DNA of 64,000 nucleotides from a virus (Duplodnaviria > Caudoviricetes): positions 4,498-68,497 of the IMG/VR virus record IMGVR_UViG_3300039431_000490; one strand, written 5' to 3'. Under the pieces are notes generated by a model that saw only the letters and a program-made list of their open reading frames with translations, ran no database searches and was not told the origin of the DNA. How positions within the stretch are numbered: position 1 is the first letter of the stretch; each line of letters begins with the position of its first letter. Shown here one piece after another: positions 58,635-64,000 of the stretch. A program made the translations under genes and the position numbers.

Positions 58635-59926
58635 CCGTAATAAGATTTTCTAGGAATAAAGTCAGACCATATCACTCCATGTCTACAATCATGTGTATTT
58701 TCTTGATTAAGAAATTTCACTTTTCGATAATCAATTTGATCCAGTGGAGTATCAGGGAATTCTTCTTCTGCAATGTGTACCAAAGCTGCATAAATAATAT
58801 ACGCTCCAGTTGCACATGTCATGTCATCAAATAGATCCATTGAGAATTTGTATTTTTCATAAGTTTCGACATCACCTCCGATGAAATACGGAGGAAATTC
58901 ACGAACTTCATTAGAATCTGCTATAAATTTCTCAATGTACTCAATCGACCTAAGCAGTCTTCTAAAATCAGATTCATCCAGTCTTCGAATAAGCTCAATT
59001 ACATTGACATGATCTGAGAAGATACAATCTGTTGGATCCCATCCGGTATCTCCATCATTATTCCAACGATATTGTAGCCGTCTACATTCATTAAGAAGCT
59101 CACCATATATAGTATTAGCTGGACCACTTGGAGGAAACATGTGAACTGCAACTGAATCGAATCCAATATACTTATCAAGTACAGTTTCGATTGATCTAAC
59201 TACATGCTCATGATGATTTCTTCTATCACTATCTGTTAATCTTGGATAAAATGATAGATATTGAAGGAGCTCATCGCAGTAATATCCACTTTGATTATAA
59301 TATCGATCTGATTCGATGATTTTAGTCATTTCTTCATCTTCAAGAATTATTTTTATTAATTGAGAGATGAAGTCTCTATATTCTCCATCAGGTGAATATC
59401 GATTTCTTCCATAAATTTCAGATTCTAGGAACTCTTCCAAACCTTCATTACCTACTACTATATTTTCTAAGTGATTTTCACGCTCTATCTCATTTATCCT
59501 ATCTCGAATAGTATTGAATACCCAAGAATAACCTTCGACAAAGTTATTTAGAATATTATAAAATTTATAATTAAATTTATAATCTGGATCTAGTCCAACT
59601 GACTTGAGAAGTACTGATTGGACTTCATCATCTAATTTAGAAGTCCTATATCTAATATTACTTTTTATGACACGTTTATCATATGCAGTTAAGTGCACTT
59701 GAGGCATGTCAATGTATTTTTCAATACTTTCAGAGATTTCGACCCTTTTATTAGCAAACTCATTTTTAAGTTCGAGGCACTTTTCATACTTATTCTTATT
59801 AGATAGTAAGTCTTTTAGTAATGCCTGTCCATCGATTGTTTTACCTTCATATGTGATAATAGTTTCATTTCTTTTAATTTCAAAACTATAATCACAAACT
59901 TGAAGATTAATAACATTTTCTTCCAT
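58628..59926 (-). CDS. Hypothetical protein
   Basis: ORF track; preceded by the AAAACCAATTACAA leader. Confidence 0.75.
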   Translation of the reverse strand: MEENVINLQVCDYSFEIKRNETIITYEGKTIDGQALLKDLLSNKNKYEKCLELKNEFANKRVEISESIEKYIDMPQVHLTAYDKRVIKSNIRYRTSKLDDEVQSVLLKSVGLDPDYKFNYKFYNILNNFVEGYSWVFNTIRDRINEIERENHLENIVVGNEGLEEFLESEIYGRNRYSPDGEYRDFISQLIKIILEDEEMTKIIESDRYYNQSGYYCDELLQYLSFYPRLTDSDRRNHHEHVVRSIETVLDKYIGFDSVAVHMFPPSGPANTIYGELLNECRRLQYRWNNDGDTGWDPTDCIFSDHVNVIELIRRLDESDFRRLLRSIEYIEKFIADSNEVREFPPYFIGGDVETYEKYKFSMDLFDDMTCATGAYIIYAALVHIAEEEFPDTPLDQIDYRKVKFLNQENTHDCRHGVIWSDFIPRKSYYGW

Positions 59927-59950
59927 TTGTAATTGGTTTTATAAGTTAAT

Positions 59951-59996
59951 AAAAAAAAAAAAACCTACCCTCCAGATCTGTGATCCTTTGGGTAGG
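59951..59996 (-). terminator. Hairpin plus T13 tract (probable terminator)
   Basis: CCTACCC/GGGTAGG stem with a large loop containing AGATCTG, followed on the minus strand by 13 T. Confidence 0.65.
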
Positions 59997-60016
59997 CTAC
60001 ACTTAATTTAATTCCA

Positions 60017-60115
60017 CTACTTAGTTTTCTTGTCAGTTAGAACTTTAATTACTGCAGCAGCAATTGCTCCAATTGTTACAAGAACATCTAAGACTTTCTC
60101 GACTGTAATACCCAT
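60017..60115 (-). CDS. 32-aa single-helix membrane peptide (not in ORF track)
   Basis: MGITVEKVLDVLVTIGAIAAAVIKVLTDKKTK, ending TAG. Confidence 0.55.
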   Translation of the reverse strand: MGITVEKVLDVLVTIGAIAAAVIKVLTDKKTK

Positions 60116-60187
60116 TACACAAATTAAATTAAAGGATTAAACATTAGTGCTTGGATGGTTATTACAGAACATGAATATTAAATTAAG

Positions 60188-60511
60188 TTATCTCTTAGTT
60201 ACTATGATGTGAATGATATCATCTTTCAGAATAATATCGGTAACTTCATAGATTTCGTCATTTTTCTTACAAATTACTTGTTCAGTAGAATGAGAACTGA
60301 AGTATTCTAACCTAAAACGGTCGAGGGTATCATAGATTAACTGATTCAATGTACATCCATAATCATACTCAGTTAATTCGATCTCAATTCCTTTACCTGG
60401 ACCTTTGTAACGAACTGAGTATCCAAAATTTTGAACACCCATCACAGTACAATCTCCATGACCTTTCGATCTAATTTCACAGAGACTTCTTAAAAATTGC
60501 TCGATTACCAT
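60188..60511 (-). CDS. Hypothetical protein, similar architecture to ORF 60513
   Basis: Both start M..++L+..LC+IRS and contain 'L.+LIY'. Confidence 0.7.
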   Translation of the reverse strand: MVIEQFLRSLCEIRSKGHGDCTVMGVQNFGYSVRYKGPGKGIEIELTEYDYGCTLNQLIYDTLDRFRLEYFSSHSTEQVICKKNDEIYEVTDIILKDDIIHIIVTKR

Positions 60512-60512
60512 A

Positions 60513-60887
60513 TTAATATTTCAATACGACTTCTTTCTTACCTCTATAATCTATTAACTCAACTAACTTTATAGGTTTACTTTCAACTAAAGAATTTAAG
60601 TTGTATGGATTAAAGTAAACTCCATTATGGTAATCTGTATTGGCATCCCAAGCGAATACCATGTCGATCAACATATAAATCAACTCATCCAGTTCGCATA
60701 CAATTCGTGATTTCGGTGAACTTTTGGATGAAGTTAACATCACTCCACTATTAGTTGGCATTTTAGCTATATATACTGCACTAACTGGATCACCAAATAT
60801 AGTAACGTGAGTAGTACCTGGTACCTCTGATCTTATCTTACATAAACTTTGGATAAGGTCATTTACATTCATATCTCCTGTTATCAT
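60513..60887 (-). CDS. Hypothetical protein
   Basis: ORF track. Confidence 0.7.
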   Translation of the reverse strand: MITGDMNVNDLIQSLCKIRSEVPGTTHVTIFGDPVSAVYIAKMPTNSGVMLTSSKSSPKSRIVCELDELIYMLIDMVFAWDANTDYHNGVYFNPYNLNSLVESKPIKLVELIDYRGKKEVVLKY

Positions 60888-60905
60888 ACTAAATTATCTT
60901 ATTAG

Positions 60906-60956
60906 AAAAGGGTCACCCTCACCATGAAAGAGCTTTGGGGAATTATTGAGTGACCC
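60906..60956 (-). terminator. Possible terminator
   Basis: GGGTCAC/GTGACCC stem followed on the minus strand by TTTTC. Confidence 0.45.
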
Positions 60957-60965
60957 CAGGTGATC

Positions 60966-61247
60966 TTAAGCAAGCTTCAGAAGTAGATAGATCACCAAAA
61001 GAATAATAGAGAAACCTGGTAGAATCAACTGCCTGATCCCTTCGAGGAGGTCTTGGGGAGATAAGCACTCAACTGCCTGAGTTACATATTTCCTATCCTT
61101 GAACTGCTCATAGAATCCCATTTTAATATGAAAATCCATCGGCAGTGAAGCTTTAAAGTTGGCTATTCCAAATCTATTCACCAGTACTGATACTAGTATT
61201 AAGATTAGTACTATCCCAACTATTAAATCAATGATCAATTTTTTCAT
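60966..61247 (-). CDS. Small membrane protein (2 predicted TM segments)
   Basis: Hydrophobic N- and C-terminal helices. Confidence 0.7.
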   Translation of the reverse strand: MKKLIIDLIVGIVLILILVSVLVNRFGIANFKASLPMDFHIKMGFYEQFKDRKYVTQAVECLSPQDLLEGIRQLILPGFSIILLVIYLLLKLA

Positions 61248-61248
61248 A

Positions 61249-61449
61249 TTAGTATTGATTATATACCTCTACAGCATCATCAAGACGTTTTGTAACAATC
61301 TTGACCTCTTTATTGACATAAACCAGATAGTCTACCTTTGGTAGTTTCTGCTGTACAATAATCATTATCTCGATTCTTTTATACCCATCTGATGCTACTA
61401 CATTAGTGATGGTCATATAGCAGTCAGAATTCTTAATTTTATGTCCCAT
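61249..61449 (-). CDS. Hypothetical protein
   Basis: ORF track. Confidence 0.65.
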   Translation of the reverse strand: MGHKIKNSDCYMTITNVVASDGYKRIEIMIIVQQKLPKVDYLVYVNKEVKIVTKRLDDAVEVYNQY

Positions 61450-61454
61450 AATTA

Positions 61455-61667
61455 TTATTGGTTTAATGGTTTGTTGAAATCATGTTCCATGTAGATCTTG
61501 ATAGATCCACCATAGGTGAGTTTGATGTTATCTTTGACCTTATTTCTAGCTTCTTCCTCAGAGTGAGCTAATACTGAAGTATGACCTTCAGCATAAGAGA
61601 TAATTCCACAACAGTATACATCGATCCTGAAGTGAATTCGATAGACTTTTGGTTTCTCAGTTTCCAT
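61455..61667 (-). CDS. Hypothetical protein
   Basis: The track starts at 61721; ATG 61667 (METEKPK) avoids overlap. Confidence 0.6.
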   Translation of the reverse strand: METEKPKVYRIHFRIDVYCCGIISYAEGHTSVLAHSEEEARNKVKDNIKLTYGGSIKIYMEHDFNKPLNQ

Positions 61668-61674
61668 ATTATCT

Positions 61675-61893
61675 CTAGCTAAAAGTTCCACTATTACCAT
61701 GGCAGTCAGACCAGTAACCAATATTTCTTGGATTATCTGGATGATAATAATGTTCTACTGTCATTACAGCTGCCATTTCATGGGGATGTTCCATCATGTA
61801 TTTCATGCACTCTTCTTCCGTCCCCGAATTAAAAAGAGTACTATCGATATAAGAAGTATTAACATGTGTTGCTCCAGGTTTAATTGTTGCCAT
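61675..61893 (-). CDS. Hypothetical protein
   Basis: The track starts at 61986; ATG 61893 (MATIKPG) minimises overlap. Confidence 0.6.
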   Translation of the reverse strand: MATIKPGATHVNTSYIDSTLFNSGTEEECMKYMMEHPHEMAAVMTVEHYYHPDNPRNIGYWSDCHGNSGTFS

Positions 61894-62329
61894 TTTCTCC
61901 AAAAATAATGTCCGTAAGTTTCTTAGTTTTAGAAGGTTTGAGTGGACTAAGTAATGGTTCAATCCACTTTCCTGGATGACGACCATCAGTTACCAACTGC
62001 TTAATCTCAATAAGCCAGTTCTTATTCCAAGATCCAAGGCATTCATTAAGAGCATCAGTCGCACTGCCCCAGAAGCTGTGAACATAAAAGGTACTTTCAC
62101 GGAGTCCAGAATTGAATTTAGCTCTAAACCAAGTCATTCTCTGGTTTTCTTCAAAACTCCATTTAGCTTTAATAATCCGTACTGGATTTTCACTAATAGA
62201 ATCTACTTCTTCGATGTTATTCTCAGTAACACCCCAATGATTGAGAATTGCAGTACCAACTGCTTCTTCAATTGACTGAGCATTAAGAATATAATACTCG
62301 ATTCCTTTAAGTTTATAAATTGGTCTCAT
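61880..62329 (-). CDS. Hypothetical protein
   Basis: ORF track; preceded by the AAAACCAATTACAA leader. Confidence 0.7.
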   Translation of the reverse strand: MRPIYKLKGIEYYILNAQSIEEAVGTAILNHWGVTENNIEEVDSISENPVRIIKAKWSFEENQRMTWFRAKFNSGLRESTFYVHSFWGSATDALNECLGSWNKNWLIEIKQLVTDGRHPGKWIEPLLSPLKPSKTKKLTDIIFGENGNN

Positions 62330-62354
62330 ATTGTAATTGGTTTTATTTTTAATA

Positions 62355-62741
62355 TTATGGAAGTCGATCTTTACTTGAAGCTAAGATTTCATAACCCCAA
62401 AATGTTGATATCATCACACGTTTGATTTCAGTTGAGATATACTTTTGATAGTGATGTATGAAATCGTATTCTACTGGACTGATAGCATTTCCTCCGAATT
62501 TAATCCATTCCAATACTACCCAATTTAATTTATTTAAAAAATTTGGATCGAGATTCAATGGATCACAGTTAAGTTGATTTGACTTAGATCTGTATAGGAG
62601 ATTCATTATATTTAGATAACTTAGATCTGGTTTTTCTAAGTTTTTTGATTCAAGTTCAGAGATTACTTTGGATTTTATTTTTTCAAACTTGTGTTTTTCT
62701 ATCTCATACTTGATCTCTTCTTTAGTTTTAACTTTTTTCAT
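62355..62741 (-). CDS. Hypothetical protein
   Basis: ORF track; preceded by the AAAACCAATTACAA leader. Confidence 0.7.
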   Translation of the reverse strand: MKKVKTKEEIKYEIEKHKFEKIKSKVISELESKNLEKPDLSYLNIMNLLYRSKSNQLNCDPLNLDPNFLNKLNWVVLEWIKFGGNAISPVEYDFIHHYQKYISTEIKRVMISTFWGYEILASSKDRLP

Positions 62742-62767
62742 ATTGTAATTGGTTTTAAATTGTTGAC

Positions 62768-62804
62768 AAAAATAAAACCCAGTCAGATCTCACGACATGA
62801 CTGG
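62768..62804 (-). terminator. Hairpin plus T-rich tract downstream of tRNA-Leu
   Basis: CCAGTCA/TGACTGG stem, loop TGTCGTGAGATC, then GTTTTATTTTT. Confidence 0.6.
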
Positions 62805-62837
62805 AAAAATAAAGGGAAAATTTGTTATTTTAATTTG

Positions 62838-62923
62838 TAGCTCCTGTGGGACTCGAACCCACACAGCCTATGCAGGCCATCAGGGCTTAAACCTGACGTG
62901 TCTACCAATTCCACCAAGAAGCC
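62838..62923 (-). tRNA. trnL: tRNA-Leu (UAA), long variable arm, no encoded CCA
   Basis: GGCTTCT/AGGAGCT acceptor, TGGTAGAC D-loop, TCAGG-TTTAAGC-CCTGA anticodon arm, GGTTCGAGTCCC T-arm. Confidence 0.95.
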
Positions 62924-63020
62924 GTTGAAGGAACTGTCCGCATTTCGCAACGAAGACAGTTTGATTTAACGTGTACTAAAACCTAAACCTTCAAAAATGA
63001 CTAATCACAACATTTGGACG

Positions 63021-63095
63021 TGGAGCGGAAGATGGGATTCGAACCCGCGACTTTTAGCTTGGAAGGCTAACGCTCTACCACTGAGTTACTTCCGC
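63021..63095 (-). tRNA. trnG: tRNA-Gly (UCC), CCA encoded
   Basis: GCGGAAG/CTTCCGC acceptor, TTAGC-CTTCCAA-GCTAA anticodon arm, GGTTCGAATCCC, 3' TCCA. Confidence 0.95.
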
Positions 63096-63124
63096 TTAAA
63101 TGGGAGGATTACCTCCCATGTTAC

Positions 63125-63406
63125 TCAGAGCTCACCTGACTTACGAAGCTGATCTAGGCAACCTTCGATGCAATCATATAGATTGTTACCTTTAATTACC
63201 TCATAATCAGTCATAGCAGTCACCGTAGCAAACTGCTCATTTTCATCATCAGGATCATAACATCTGTAACTTGGAACTCCATACATTCCAAGTCCATTGA
63301 CTAGATTCATGATCGCAACTGAGTAAGACCTTTTAGAACCTGATCCAATCTGGATCACGCTCAAGCAGAGGTCGACGCTTTTCTTTGTGTTGAGTGGAAT
63401 CAGCAT
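63125..63406 (-). CDS. Hypothetical protein between tRNA genes
   Basis: ORF track. Confidence 0.65.
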   Translation of the reverse strand: MLIPLNTKKSVDLCLSVIQIGSGSKRSYSVAIMNLVNGLGMYGVPSYRCYDPDDENEQFATVTAMTDYEVIKGNNLYDCIEGCLDQLRKSGEL

Positions 63407-63469
63407 CGTTTTTGATGTTTTGGTTTATATTAAGATAACTCAACACTGAACAATTAAATAATAAAATAA

Positions 63470-63613
63470 AAATATCCTAAATTTCTCGAGAATACCTTAA
63501 GCTAATTTATGGCCTTCACCCTCTCATCGAGAAGGTCAGCCACTGTAGACGATTCTACAGCAATCGCACTTGTTATCAAGATGTTATTAACTTAAGATAA
63601 ATTTAGGATATTT
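63470..63613 (-). ncRNA. Candidate structured RNA directly 3' of tRNA-Thr
   Basis: 15-bp perfect closing stem, 11-bp inner stem with G.U, and internal hairpins; no ORF. Confidence 0.45.
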
Positions 63614-63615
63614 AG

Positions 63616-63688
63616 AGCCGATTGTTGGACTTGAACCAACGACCTGGAGATTACAAATCACCTGCTCTACCAGCTGAGCTAAATCGGC
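63616..63688 (-). tRNA. trnT: tRNA-Thr (UGU), no encoded CCA
   Basis: GCCGATT/AATCGGC acceptor, AGCTGGTAGAGC D-arm, TTTGTAA loop (one U.U mismatch in stem), GGTTCAAGTCC. Confidence 0.92.
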
Positions 63689-64000
63689 ATTATAGGTTAT
63701 AAGCGGTATCTAGTTCTTTGCCTAGCTTACCACTTCACTTCCCCTAAGTAGCTAATCTTAGTATGCATCCTAATTTCACCAAGTTTCCTTCAGCTTTACT
63801 TCCACGAAGGCAAGCTCCTCATATACTTTTATATACCGATACCCCGAATTATTTTTACGGAGCCAATCACCGGTCGAGCTAACTTGTGGCGTTAGTATCC
63901 TACAACTGGAACCAAGGTCGACTGTTCCAAGTTGTGCTCAATTTAAAATTAACTGCTCTAAATTTACCTACCGTCCACAGTGCGAACTGACATAAATTAT

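Noticed and set aside
61699-62275. + strand ORFs within the - strand block (also 58341-58535, 59706-59891, 61159-61344)
   Set aside because: Antisense to better-supported genes that have conserved leaders.
62780-63615. Theta (HDV-like) ribozymes 3' of the tRNAs
   Set aside because: No nested double-pseudoknot pattern could be built at any of the three tRNA 3' ends.
63695-63860. RNase P RNA or tmRNA
   Set aside because: Only a loose CCGCTTA resemblance; the GAGGAAAGTCC P4 partner and the tmRNA acceptor/T-arm ends are absent.
1-64000. Alternative genetic code (TAG or TGA reassignment), common in gut jumbo phages
   Set aside because: Code 11 gives dense, full-length genes. TAG and TGA occur as plausible stops (e.g. 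17316, 46197, 48114) and are not followed by in-frame continuation.

Overview
The window is a fragment of a large, AT-rich contractile-tailed (myovirus-type, probably jumbo) phage genome read in the standard code. Start contexts are mostly AATTATG without an obvious Shine-Dalgarno, which suggests a Bacteroidota host (inference). Positions 1-57.7 kb form one + strand late/structural block. It contains a cluster of small basic putative head-internal proteins sharing an N-terminal leader, a free-standing GIY-YIG endonuclease, and a T4 gp21-like prohead protease. It also holds eight collagen-like fibre genes, a glycosidase-like/TPR pair, a lipoprotein with a papain-like peptidase, and a NucA-like nuclease. 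The tail genes include two sheath-like genes, a tube, a tail/hub chaperone with a candidate +1 frameshift, a 1496-aa tape measure with a lysozyme domain, and a baseplate operon. Positions 58.1-64 kb are a convergent - strand block of small hypothetical genes, three tRNAs (Leu-UAA, Gly-UCC, Thr-UGU) and structured non-coding segments. No portal, terminase or major capsid gene was recognised. The most unusual signals are: (1) 17 intergenic hairpins that all carry a 6-nt N-U-R-A-N-N loop; (2) a candidate capsid-targeting/cleavage leader family beside the protease; (3) three in-register 401/402/403-aa collagen paralogs that may form a heterotrimer; (4) a UUU-CGU +1 frameshift candidate upstream of the tape measure. 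Product calls come from recalled motifs only; no database search was run.
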